A stretch of DNA of 64,000 nucleotides. Origin: Eledone cirrhosa. Lineage: Eukaryota. Below the pieces are notes generated by a model that saw nothing but the letters and a program-made list of their open reading frames with translations, was not told where the DNA came from and did not search any database. The DNA is taken from assembly GCA_964016885.1 (NCBI GenBank), contig OZ024743.1, positions 282,968,001 to 283,032,000 of the forward strand. Direction: 5' to 3'. Below, piece by piece: positions 38,233-50,740 of the stretch. Every line of letters starts with the position of its first letter. Positions within the stretch are counted from its first letter, which is position 1. The position numbers and the translations under genes are program-made.

Positions 38233-40017
38233 AAGGTCACGGAAAAAGTAATAGCGCAACTAATCAGAGAGAGAATTGACCTAGATGAAATGCAGTTCGG
38301 GTTTGTGTCAGGCAAAAGTACCACAGACGCTCTTTTCATTGTACGACAACTACAGGAGAAGTACCTAGCTAAAGGTAAACCCCTCTACTTAGCTTTTGTC
38401 GACTTGGAGAAAGCCTTCGACAGAGTCCCCCGCTCCATTATCTGGTGGGCTCTTAGAAAACTAGGCGTTGACGAATGGCTTGTGAGAGCTATACAAGCCA
38501 TGTATAAAGAAACAGTCAGCAAGGTTAGAATTAACAACGAATATAGTGAAGAGTTTAGCGTAAAAGTTGGCGTCCATCAGGGCTCTGTTCTCAGCCCCCT
38601 ACTATTTATTATTGCCCTTCAGGCTATAACAGAGGAGTTCAAGACCGGCTGCCCATGGGAACTCCTATATGCAGACGACCTGACACTCATAGCTGAATCA
38701 ATGGCCGAGCTAGAGAAGAAATTCCAAACATGGAAGCACGGCCTAGAATCAAAAGGCCTTAAAATTAACCTGGCTAAGACTAAAGTTCTAGTTTGTAGGA
38801 AAGAAAATAAGGCGGCGGTCCCTTCTGGGAAATGGTCATGCTCAGTGTGTAGGAAAGGCGTAGGTAGAAACTCCATTTTATGTCCTAAATGCAAAGTATG
38901 GGTGCATAAAAGATGTAGTGGGATCACAGGTAAGCTAACTAAGAACATAGATTTTACATGTGGCCGGTGCTCTGGTGCAATAAGTAGCAGCAAGTGCCCA
39001 CAAAATACTAGCTCTTTCAATTGCGCAGAGGGTTCTATAGAAATAGTGGACAGCTTCCGTTACCTGGGCGATAAAATCAGCAGTGGGGGAGGGTGCTCTG
39101 AAAGTACAGTAGATAGAGTCAGAACTAGTTGGAAAAAGTTCAGAGAGCTTATACCACTATTAGCTGCTAAAGGGTTCTCCCTAAAAATGAAAGGCAGGTT
39201 GTACGATGCCTGCATACGAACAGCAATGTTGCATGGCAGTGAGACCTGGGCATTGTGTGCAGAGGATATACGCAGACTAGAGAGGAATGAAGCTTGCATG
39301 CTCCGCTGGATGTGTAACAGTAATATACGTGAACGGCAAAGCATAAACGAACTAAAGAAAAATTAGAAATAAGAGGGATCAGATGTTGTTTACTCGAGAG
39401 AAGGCTACGTTGGTATGGACACGTGATGCGCATGAAAGTCGATAGCTGTATAACAAAGTGCAGGGCAATAAAGATAGACGGTAGCCACGGAATAGGCAGA
39501 CCCAGAAAAACCTGGGACGAGCTGATAAACTCCGACCTCACACACTTACACCTCTCCAAGACAATGTCACTGGACCGAGACCTTTGGCGGTACTCAGTAA
39601 CAGAGAAGACCCGCCTTACCTAAATACATAGTAAAACCTACTACAGCCAGTAGGCATCTCTAACAAAATACACCCCGTCCCACCCCCACCCCCCACCCCA
39701 TCCACACCACCCCGTTCTATATAAAGTTATGTTGGTGCCGCGCCATCTAGGCCGAAACAAATGAGATCGTGTAGGTGTCACGACAAAAAAACACACAGTC
39801 CACGCTGTAATGTGGCCGTGTAGGCAACACGGTAAAAACCTCCCAGACCCACACTGTAAATGTGGTTGGTGTTAGGAAGGGCATCCAACTGTAGAAAACC
39901 TGCCAGACAGTCCTATGCGAGCAAGACAATCACTCTTGCCTCAAGTGGGACTACCCCCGTCCAAACCCATGCAAGCGTGGAACACAGACGTTAAACGTTG
40001 ATGATGATGATGATGAT
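38233..40017 (+). mobile_element. Young 5'-truncated RTE LINE: RT with embedded PHD finger, one frameshift (about 39360), full 3' UTR and (GAT)n tail
   Basis: QFGF, FVDLEKAFDRVP, GVHQGSVLSP, YADD, C4HC3 finger, FRYLG; ORF continues in 39363-39623; inserted next to (TA)n. Confidence 0.96.
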
Positions 40018-40029
40018 ATATATATACAA

Positions 40030-40792
40030 AAGATATAGTGGGATAGCAGGCAGACTAACAAGTAGGGAAAACTACGTATGCAGTAGATGTACAGGGAAAG
40101 TTGGCAGTAGTAATCGCAGTGATTGACACATTTTTCCAATGCAGGTGGGTTTTATAGAAGTGGTTGATAGCTTCCGGTACCTAGGTGATCAGATTAGCAT
40201 GGGAGGAGGGGGGGGGGGGATGTTCCGAGGCCATAGTATCTAGAATAAGGATGGGTTGGAAAAAGTTTAGGGAGCTGCTTCCTCTGTTGACAAAGAAAGG
40301 TTTCTCCCTGCGTACGAAAGGACGGTTATATGATGTCTGTGTGAGATGCGCGATGCTGCATGGTAGTGAGACATGAGTAGCAACTGCAGAGGATATGCAA
40401 CGGCTGGAGAGAAATGAAGCAAGCATGCTCCGTTGGATGTGCAATGTCAATGTGCATGAACGGTCAAGCATAGATGAGTTGAGAAAGAAACTGGGCATAA
40501 GAGGGATAAGTTATAGTGTGCAGGAGAGAAGACTGAGATGGTGTGGACATGTGATGTGCATGGAGGATGACCACTGGGTAAAGAAGTGCCAAGAAATCCC
40601 AGTAGAAGGAAGACACAGTAGAAGAAGAGCACAAAAAACATGGGCGGAGGTGGTGAGAGCAGACCTCAGATCACTGAAGCTCACGGAGGAGATGACGAAG
40701 GACTGTGACAAGTGGAGAGATGCTGTGCTGAATAGGACCCGTCCCACCCTTGCAAGCAGGGAAAAGCGGACGTAAAATGATGATGATGATGA
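40030..40792 (+). mobile_element. Second RTE subfamily (as 125-975), head-to-tail behind the previous copy
   Basis: ORFs 40185-40376 and 40395-40775; 3' end gtcccacccttgcaagcagggaaaagcggacgtaaaatg matches the SINE A end. Confidence 0.92.
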
Positions 40793-40822
40793 TACATATA
40801 TACATATACATACATATATGTA

Positions 40823-42926
40823 TCGCCTCTCTCTAACTAAGACGTAATGTGCGAACGAACGAAAAGAATAGTTGTTTTTGGTTGTTTGTGTGTGTATGTG
40901 TATTACTGTGTGTCCAACAGCACAACACAGAATTTTTATAAAATGTTCACTATGACAGGTTATTGTTGTTGTTGACAGAAATATAGTAAAAGAAAGAGAG
41001 AATGGAGTTTTCTATGGTTGTTTGTGTGAGTGTGTATTTCTCTCTTTCTCTCTCTCTTAGTGTGTTTCTGTGTGTCCTCCAACATATCTATAATAGTTAT
41101 AAAAAGGAAGTTTGTATGTTGACCGCTAATAACACTAAATGAAATTGGTAATAATTAAGGATTTATGTGTTTTCAACTAATCTGACCTTCAGCATGTTTG
41201 CAATCGACTTTTTCTTAGAAAACTGGGTAGGGGTGGGACGAGTTGGAGGACCCTTAGATTTTCCCAGCCCTGAAGATTTCTTCAGTGGGAATTCTTTTCT
41301 TTTCTCAGTTTTTTTTGTTTGTTGTCGACCGATTTGACATCTGACTCACTCACCAACGAATCCTTTTCCGAAAATGGAGGCGGGGAACCCTCGGAGTTAT
41401 AGATAAGCACTTCTCAGCTGTTTAGAAAAATATTCACTGTGGATCATAAAAAAATTTTTTTCCTAGTTTTTTTTGTGTGTATTCAACTAATCTGTCCTCT
41501 GACATGCTTGCAATCACCGCTTGCAATTCTGAAAACAGAATTAAGGGGAGAACACTCGGATTTTCCCAGCCTCAGAGATTTCTTCAGTGTGGATAACAGA
41601 GGCGGGAAGGAAGAGGGACACTCAGAGTAAATATCTCTCAGCTGTTTAATTTATAGAAAAGTAATCCCTTGAAGGATATTTTGATCCCTCATTCTTTTAT
41701 ACTGCTGTGGAAAACATAGTAAGCTTAATTAATCAAATGTTCCCCAATTTCAAAATCCACCATTCCAATAAGGAGTGAGTGACTGTGTGAAAGAGCAATC
41801 CTTGCCCCCAAAACATCACAGTGAATGCCATCAACAAAAATCTCTCAAATGATCCATGGCGGTAGCCAGACCTATAAATCTATCAACAAAGTTGTCGTCG
41901 AGGATGAAACTGTTTATTATTTCAGAATTTCTCAACAGTCAGGAACCACAACCTTGAATTAAAGAAGGGCTCAGTCATCTTGCATCTCAGAAACCTGGAT
42001 CAACCATGATTGTGCAATGACATGCATATGGTTGTGACTGAACTACAGCTTCACATTATCAAAGCCGAAATCCTCATTGGATGTTGTAAGGGAGACATCG
42101 TATTTATACTTAGAATGCTGCTAATACAGATGTTCCCTTTCCTTTCAAATGATTGTAATTCACAGTGAGAGCCAGTTACACAATGACCATTAACCCTTTA
42201 GCATTTACATTATATTATTATATTTTTACGTCCCTTTACGATCTGAGTTCAAATCCCGCCGAGGTTGACTTTGCCTTTCATCCTTATAGGGTCGATAAAA
42301 TAAAGTACCAGTAATGAACTGGGTAATTGCTGGCCTTGTGCCTAAAGTAGAAACAATTATTATATTTTTACAGTAAAGGCTTTACCTCACATAATTATCT
42401 TACATAATATCTAATCTACGAAATTTTGATGTTATTTATTTTGAGAACAATACCTTAACATCAGTATGAGCAACCAGTGTACGGTTGGTTTGTACGGAAA
42501 GAGGTGAGAGAATTCTGGCTGGATATGGCCGTTTAAATGCTAATAGGTTAACAAATCCCATGGTCAAACACTGCAGGTTGTTGGTCTCTATCTAGAAGAA
42601 AGCTGTTTCTCACATGGTCAATTGCATGTAGGTTATTCCAGACTAGGACGACCCCACAAACTCTTCATATATGCTCCAAAGAAAAAAGTTAAAAACATTG
42701 TATCTATTGAAGTTTTGTAAATGTTTTATAATTTTCATAGAATTTATTTTTCTATTCTGTATTGAGATATTCTAAATAAATATTTAAAATTTTGTTATGC
42801 AATATTTAAATACCTTTTAGCATCTTTTATTTTAAGGAAAATGGACATCACGATAAATTCCAATAGGTGCCTTGTGAATAGAAGTGAGCACAGTACAGAC
42901 CGTGGCAAAGGCCAGGAGGCTGTTAG
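40823..42926 (+). mobile_element. Internally deleted Helitron retaining a pseudogenised PIF1-type helicase C-terminus (about 41700-42720)
   Basis: RAILAP, LRNLD..LCN, MTI|NKSHGQTLQVVGLYL...FSHGQLHVGYSR...KNIVSIEVL*; 3' hairpin ccgtggcaaaggccagg plus TTAG|T; degenerate duplication with about 310-bp period at 41170-41660. Confidence 0.85.
42194..42547. mobile_element. piggyBac-like MITE in the helicase TTAA, itself containing SINE B (42226-42362)
   Basis: TTAA TSD splits the MTINKS motif; ccctttagcattta/taaatgctaatagg termini. Confidence 0.85.
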
Positions 42927-43999
42927 TATATATATAAACCAACATTTTTATTCACTATTGCAAAAATAACGTTACAAATATAATTGTTTCTACTATAGGT
43001 ACAAGGCCAACAATTTGAAGAGAAGGGTAAAGTTGATTAAATCGAGCACAGTGCCTTACTGGTACTTTATCTTATCGACCCCGTAAGGATGAAAGGCAAA
43101 GCTAACGTTGGCAGGGTTTGAAATCAGAATGTAAAAGGCCGTAATTCTATGCCGCGAAGCATTTGGTCGGACGCTCTACCGAATGCACAAAAATATACGA
43201 ATGATCAAAGCAAGAGAAAAAAGACAAAAAAAAAAACATCAATTCACCACTAAGTGTGTTAATTGGTTACACACCACAAGGGTCACAGAAATTTTTGAGG
43301 CAAGCCAACATGCTTGCAATATTACTGTGCTTTATATTTGAGATTTATCATTTAGAGGAGAGCAAAACACAAGGCTGTGGTGTTTATGCTTTTTAAAAAA
43401 ACACTAGCAATGTATGTGAATGATCTCTAGCCAAGGAAATCAAAAAGGTTGTGAATTCATCTCACCTATGTTTACATAAAAATTAGTTAGAAGGCACAAT
43501 AAGAATCTTATCTCAATGAGTCTGGACTACATCCAGTCTTTCTCAGCTGAATGGAATGTGCCTGGCATTCTGCCAGCTATGACAAGCTGACAATAAAACT
43601 GGCTATTACAATTTCTTGGTGTCCTTGTCAGTCTGTAATTTTCTTTCTCGCACACGTGCATCTTTGCATGCATATGCACACAAACACACACACACACACA
43701 CATGCACATTCTCTCTTTCATCACAATAGTTTCCAGATTAATGTTCATCTTTGCTCATCTCTCTTTCTTACACCTAATCTAGCCTGTATATCCTAAACAG
43801 CTAACCCTACCTATCAATTGCTAATTTATCCTTCTTATGAAATTAATTTTATAATGACAAAAGAAGGCTGAAAAATATGTATTTAGAATTCATAAAATAC
43901 AATAAAAATGATTAGAAAAGAGAGAATAAAAAAGGGTGAGGAGTCTACACCTTTGTTTGGGCAGCATATCTCAACTATGTGGACAAGATGACAAAAACA

Positions 44000-44900
44000 T
44001 TACTATGAACAACAGCCAGTGATATCTGCTACATCAACCATTCTACCTCATAAGAGACATTCCACAGGAATGGTTCCTACATCCTGATTTGTCAGAGGAA
44101 AATGGAAGACCAGGTACTGAGGTAGCCAGAAGTCTCAGGAGCAACCAATATAAAATGGAATCTGTCCATTAATGCTTAGTATTTGATAATCTTTCACTCA
44201 TTCACATTAAATGTAGCAGTACCTAGGTATGTGGTCAAAACAATATGGTTGATGCCAGAAAAAGTGTCACATGTGTCAGCTTAGATGAGTGATTCCACTC
44301 AATTTGGAAAAGTGTTATTTTGTCTGGGTGCTTAGCATTAACACAATTGAGGCTAACAGGTTCCACCAATTTCAATGCCAAGTCAGAAGTTGAGCAGTAG
44401 CTGAGTGTCATCTGTTGTTAGTTTGTCTTGTAAAAATGGAAGTTAGAATTAATTCTGCACATACATGAATGGTGGAGTCAAATTCACCGAGATGCCTTGT
44501 GTGGTGAAGCATGGTGTGCTGCAGAGTGAAAAGTAGAATTTTAGAAAGATGAAGCAGTTTGTTAACAGAAAAAGCACTGAATGAGAATCTATTAGGCGCA
44601 ATATATTGGTCACCCTTGCCAGGTCAACTTGTTTGGATTTAGTAACACTCTTGTATGGTGACATAAGATTGGGTTTTACTTTAACTTACATTTATCATCT
44701 TTGATTTGGATGAGTTTATTTCAAGTTCACAAAGCGATAGGGCTGGAATAACATTGTAATGGTTGTCAACAAGGAACTCAATTGGATCACTGAGTGTTGC
44801 ATCGTCCAGCTACTTGATATTGAATGTGGAGAAAAAAATCAAAATTTTATAAGGCTATTGTTTTTGGCACTTAACTGTCAAGTGTTAGATAATTTAATGC
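44000..44900 (-). mobile_element. Ancient CRE-like RT fragment
   Basis: LDDATLSDP...LEINSSK and LRLIDSHSVLFLLTNC...TPCF remnants. Confidence 0.5.
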
Positions 44901-46039
44901 CTCTTCCTTGTAGGTGCATTATTTTGAGTCTAGGTAAAAAAGAATACTCACTAGAAATAATAATTTTTGCTATACCTAAGTCAATTCTTGGTGTGATTTG
45001 AACTAAGAACATAGATAAATGAAACTAAATAATATAACCTGGGTATTCAGCACCCTCTAGACTAGCTCTACAATATTTGTGAGGCGTTGTTTGATGGTGC
45101 GTAACAATAATCTATTCATGCATGATCATGATTTGGTTACTTTGACCAATCATAAGTTGCGCATGAATATTAACTATTTCCGCCCAAAAGAAGATTTTCG
45201 CTCTTCTTTTGTTTCACTATCTACTAGTTGCTGCTTTGACATCAAGAAGTTAATATCCATTTTTCCTTGCCGTGTCAACAACTAGCCAAAATATAACGGT
45301 AATCAAGAACTTCGGCCCTGTCGGCGATATGTCGGTGAGGGACCGCTTTCTTTGCATATAACACTTAATTTTGTTTATTCACTTTATTTGGCATGCCAGC
45401 ACAACTTTTGTAATCCTGTTTTGGTTGTAAATAAATCATGTAAAAAGTTATAAAGACTTATAATATTCCTGCCATCAACAAATCTTGCATACACACTTAA
45501 AAACATAACATTGGATGTGATATGGGAAAATCCTTTCCCAAGGTCCTATCATTTTCCACAATAACAAGTGAGTATAACATTTGAGTTAGCTAACCCACTT
45601 GCCAACAAGTCTTCTCACTTTATAACTGTGTTACATATTCTCTCTTTCGTGGCGACAACCGAATAACAACCATTATCAACTTCTTCTACGTTACATTCAC
45701 TTTCGGTTAAAATTGCCACCTAACAAAACCTACATATTTTCTTGTTAGTACAACAAAACAATTTATTGCTAAATGTTTACCCTTTTCTCCATTCTCCCAA
45801 ATAAAATAATTTCAACATATGGTTTAGTAAGCTGACAAACCTAATTTCTTACCACACTAAGAAAATTATTATGCTCACACTTTCACTATATAGCCCATAC
45901 TCACTCATGCCAAATTATGTTAGAGGTTATAACATCACACAGCCCTCTCCACTACTCTCGATATTTTCATGATGCAGCTATGTGACAAAGATGGTTAAAG
46001 ATTTTTATTTTTCAATTTTCTGTTGTTAAAGGGGTATTA

Positions 46040-47270
46040 GGCGCCGGTTATCGATCTCTCTGTCTTTCTTAGTCTGTCTTTTTAGATAGATACATAGTTA
46101 TAACGTCGCGCCCTTATAATATCTGTCTGCTTGTCTGGCTGTCTGCATTTCGACATTATGATAAACATTATTCTCATTGGTGATGTATTATCTTCGCTAT
46201 TTTCCATTCATTGCCAAGGAACGTCTTCACGAACCAAAGTATCGTCTTCCTGTTTTCCTTCGGGTGCAATGTTTTTCGAAATATTTACTTCTGCATTCCC
46301 AGATTGATTATTTTAGTTTCAGTAGATCCCGTTAAGGGTGAAAGCACACGTTGTAAGCAATGTCAATGTTACTGCTGCTACATAGGACTCCCATTACCAC
46401 TGAACTTTCACCTTTGCGTTCTACATTTCCTCCGCAGGCCAACATGGAATGGTCTTCATAGTAGTCAGTTTATTGAGGGAGAAACAGAAGGGTCTTGAAT
46501 TTGCCATTCAAAAAACCCATTGACAATAACGAAAACTGCTAACATCAACGCAGAATGATACATTGTAGGTCGCTTTAACCCATCTTCTTGCCAATAAAGA
46601 TTAACCCTTTGTGCACCATTCATCTAACTGTAGACCAACAAATACCAACTAAACGGAGCGTTGACAAGAACAATGGCAAATGAATCTTCGGGGTAAGCAG
46701 TTTCCTCCCGAGCAGTTAGTTCACGCGGGATTCTCTGCTATACCTTTTCATAATAATACCGAACAACGTACTGCTGGTCACTCCTTCCTCCAAAAGCCGT
46801 ACAAAGCGGACATGTGCATCGGGCAGATGAATCGAGTGCAAATCTACCGAGAAATTTGCAAGGGACTGCATCGAGAGGGAAAGAGAGAAAGAGTAACTTA
46901 GTGGAAAGAGTGTGAATGAACTTTTGAGGTAAGTAGCCTACACCTTACTGCTATGACACTGGAACCTTCTGCCAACTTAACCTGTGACTTTCTCTTTCAC
47001 ATTTACTCCAATAGGCCAAAACAGAGTGGAAACGCCGGGGGACAACCGTCACAGAAGGAGTATGAAAAGAAGGGGCTCAACAATATTTCTATGAACAATG
47101 CACGTGGACAGCTAAACTGTACTTTCAACCTCTTAATTTTCTCCAAATAAAACAAGTTTCCTGTCGGTATATTTTTGTGAGTTTTTAACAGGCACTCACA
47201 AATAAACGTTTCTCATTGGAGGTGCTATTACCAATGTTCTTACCCGTGCAACGCCGGGATACACTGCTAG
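46040..47270 (+). mobile_element. Helitron-derived composite ending in a canonical 3' terminus
   Basis: cccgtgcaacgccggg hairpin plus atacactgCTAG|T (47243-47270); 46050-46140 matches the 19.8-kb Helitron; 5' boundary uncertain. Confidence 0.6.
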
Positions 47271-47278
47271 TATATATA

Positions 47279-47485
47279 TATATTCATTTTATTAAGGCTT
47301 AATAGTGAGTCTTATTACTCTGGAGTTTCACCTGCTTCTCACAGGGTCATTAGACAAGAACTGATGACCCTGTGAGAAGCAGGTGAAACTTTAGAGTAAT
47401 AAGACTCACTATTTAGCCTTAATAAAATGAATATTTAAACTCTACTTTGGTATTGAGTACTCTTTTCTCTCAGTCAACTACATAT
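47279..47485 (+). mobile_element. Fold-back hammerhead element plus tail hairpin
   Basis: Arms 47279-47353 / 47361-47434; CTGATGA-ccctgtgagaagcaggt-GAAA-ctttagag-TA-ataagac. Confidence 0.88.
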
Positions 47486-47699
47486 GGATAGATATATATA
47501 TGTATAGTGTTCATGAAATTAAGAAACAACGAATATATAATTTAGAGGAACATGATTTATTAATCAATCATTTCTCTCAACTTGATTGAGTTCTCCTTTA
47601 GGCACAAATCTACAACATTTCTTTTTCTTTTTAATACGGTAGTCAAATCACAAATCACAAATCACACTTAACAAAGCCCACTGGAGCTTCTCTGTAATA

Positions 47700-47990
47700 A
47701 TTTTTTAAGCAAGCCAACATACTTGCAACATTGCCATGGGTGAAAGTGAGACTAAGGCACTGGAATAACCAAGTACCAACGTGGGTATCACTTGATGCTT
47801 CAGTAAGGTGAGCCACCAAAATGACAAAAGCTTTGTTACTGGCAGCCCAGCTTCCCAAAACGTCTCGAACATCTCAGGCTGGAAAAAATAATTTGCAGAT
47901 AAACCTTGGTATTTTAGAATTTTATTCCATTTGGCTACAGATGTTGTGACCCACATCTTTAATACAGCATTCATGAAATTTCTACGGGCA
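47700..47990 (-). mobile_element. CRE-like 3' fragment, decayed
   Basis: KILKYQGLSANYFFQPEMFETF; WLFQCLSLTFTHGNVASML. Confidence 0.7.
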
Positions 47991-48489
47991 CTGCTATCAT
48001 TTAAAAAAAAAAAAAAATTCTCTTCCCAAATATTTGATCATACTTCGCTTTTTAAATGTTCCAATCATTAAATATACGTTCATTCACTTAATGTAATTGA
48101 GTAATTGGAAATAATACTGGCATCATTTATTTGTCCTTAGAGAGTTAAAGACTGTAATGATAATGATCACATTAGCATAGATTTGAGGTGGAGGGGTGTT
48201 GTCAATTGAACCCATCCCAGCATATGACTTGTATATTATTTATGAATGCTGGTGAGAAATATATAATTTGGTAGAGCATATATGGCAATTTTGTGTACAA
48301 GGAAAAATTATGTAAATCTATCTGTATTCGTAACTTTAGTTTAATGTATAGGGTTGTTATTGCTCAAAGTTTTAGTTCTCTTCATACCATATCTTATGAC
48401 TTTATTGGTCAAGTGAGATCAAGTGAGTGAAAATATGGTGAGGAGAGGAAATATGTGACGTCCAATTTAGTACCCCCCACCTCCAACTA

Positions 48490-50740
48490 ACTTACCCTCT
48501 GCCTCTGGGCCCTGGCCGACAGGATGGAGAATACATCGCCCCAGAGGACAGTGAGGGAGATACGCTGGAACAGCCACTCCACCCCATGGGGCTCGCACAT
48601 GTGGGCAGCCAACTCCACTCTGATAGCAGAGCTCTGGGGGACAAGAACTGTTACAAGTTCTACCACAAACCTATCAAAGAGCAGCCAATACTTGGACAAT
48701 TTGACCTCTTTGGCTTGGTGGACGGCAGAGCCTGGGCAGGTAGCTAAACACACTAGGTTGTTACTAGAGAAGGTGTCACAGCATATAGCATCCCAGATGA
48801 GGGGCCTGCCCCCATGGAACGAAAAGATTTTCTGGCCTTTTGCTGTCTGCTCAGTCCAGCCTTGCTGGCTTGAGCTGGGAGGGAAGTCTGCACAATTGTT
48901 GAGAGCAGCATGGTGAGGGAGGTGGCCAGCACTGTAAAGGAATGACAGTGTATTGACACCAAAAGGATCCAGTGGCATTTGTGAGGCTCACAGACATAGA
49001 GGCCAAGCCTCAGGAAAACACTGATGTGCAAGCAGTCACTGTCCAGCTGAGTGCCAGTCACAAGGGATGGAATTGCGTTGAGCAAGGCACCATTGTGGGA
49101 TTGGGAGGCCAAGTGGAAACATGCCAGATGGTGCTTGTCCAGCCGGCTCACCAGCCTGTCTGATATGTTGTAAAGGGTGGCGTCCCATTTGTTTTGGGGA
49201 GACCGGACGTCTACTGAAGGGAGAGGGCGAGTCCATATTGCATAGGCCGTCTCGTGCTCCTCGATCACAAAAGGTTCAGTTGTGTTGTGGAGAACCCTGT
49301 TAATGAGGACATGGCAAGAAGTCACTGATGAAAGGAAAGCAGGCAAGGCCAGTGAAACAGGAGACCGGAGACTGAGGCTGCCATATTTGATGGATAAGGA
49401 GGCCTGTTGCCATCTGGTGTCATCAAACTAGGTCTTGTATATCTCCTCAGCAGCCCGTTGGATGTGACGTCGAGATCTGTGAGGAGAGAGGTATGCCTGT
49501 GGGTAGGCGAATGGGACACAGGTGAGGCAAGGCTCCAGCCAGTGGTCTCGATGCAGACAGTTGAAAGTATTTCTCATGTCAAACTTGATGATGAGATGCC
49601 TGGAATCACTTGGCACTGGCTCGGGAGTTGATGAACTGTCAAATGGTATGGGCAGCTCCCTTGTACTCACTGGCCATGCCTACCCCCAGCTGCACTGGGC
49701 TGAGTTCTTCACCTAGCTCAGGTGCAACAGACTTGCAGATGATCTTCGCTGTGATCCTCCGGAAGACATTTCCTACCGCAATGGGGCGTATTCCACCGTC
49801 TTTCTACCAGAGAGCAGTGAGACAGGCCAAAAAGATGTGGCCTCAGGAATAAGGGTCCAGGGTGCCGTGAATGAACCTGTTGGTGAGGGCCACAATGGCG
49901 CTCGGTTTTGACAGTGAGCGGGGACACTTTGTTTTTGAGGTGGTTGGGTTGGAGACCATTGGCACCTCCACTGCTGCTAGCTGGGAAAGATCTCAGAGCA
50001 GAGATGATGTCTTCTTTGGAGGCCACGTAAAGTAGTTGGGGATGAGGTGGGTGTATGTGTCTGAGGTCTACAGGTGGCTTGGGATGTTTGAGCCAGGGAG
50101 TAACCAAGACCTCTTTGGTGGGGTAAAGGAGGGTGTTGTCAGAGGCAACTACTCTGATGACAGTCATGACATCACCCTCAATAAGTTTGGTGTTTCTTCT
50201 GTGTAAACGCTTTGAGCTGGCATCAGGGGTGGAGGACTGCGGACACACGAATGTGTGGAGTGTGGCCTGCTCAGACACACTGGATATGAATATCTGCCCA
50301 AAGGTCGAGATGTTGGCTGCTGTCGACAAGCTACCTCAATGAGCACCAGAGTTGGGGAGACCTAGGGCGAGTGAATTGAAATAAACAATCGTTCCCAATT
50401 GCTGTGTCGATCAGAATCTAATGCTTTGCATATTAAGGTTGCGAGGGCATTGGCCACTGACACCCAGGCTGTTTTCGGGATTTTAAGGGGGATTTTGTGA
50501 GGTTGTCTGAGCGAGTGAGGGTTGGGTGTCAGACAGGCATGGTGTAATCCCTCAGGGTGTGGTGGGGGATGCAGCTGCACAGACAAAAAGAAGAGGCAGC
50601 TGCTGCATCTCTATGTTTAGAGTGTGTTCGCAGCTTGACGTGTCAGGCCGACAAGAGAGGTGATGGAAACAGTCGCATGTGCTGCGGGTAGCTCCATATA
50701 TAGGTGGGGATGGGGCGGGTAATTGGGGATTGGAACGCTG
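48490..50740 (-). mobile_element. CRE-clade-like non-LTR retrotransposon (RT plus REL endonuclease), pseudogenised with internal deletion
   Basis: WERL, EGDV..IR..S..KHP, SSGGANGLQPNHLK, KFDMRNTFN, LNAIP...LRLGL..C.PH.C, GRPLIWDAIC.DT, WLFQRISL. Confidence 0.88.

Noticed and set aside
41270-41290. CTGAAGA hairpin as a hammerhead
   Set aside because: No GAAA, stem III or stem I; part of the Helitron internal duplication
45281-45348. CTAG plus GC hairpin as a minus-strand Helitron end
   Set aside because: The hairpin is farther from CTAG than usual and there is no second copy in the window to support it
46680-46901. 73-aa ORF as a host gene
   Set aside because: Inside a Helitron-terminated segment; IGQMNRV resembles a decayed Helitron Rep N-terminus
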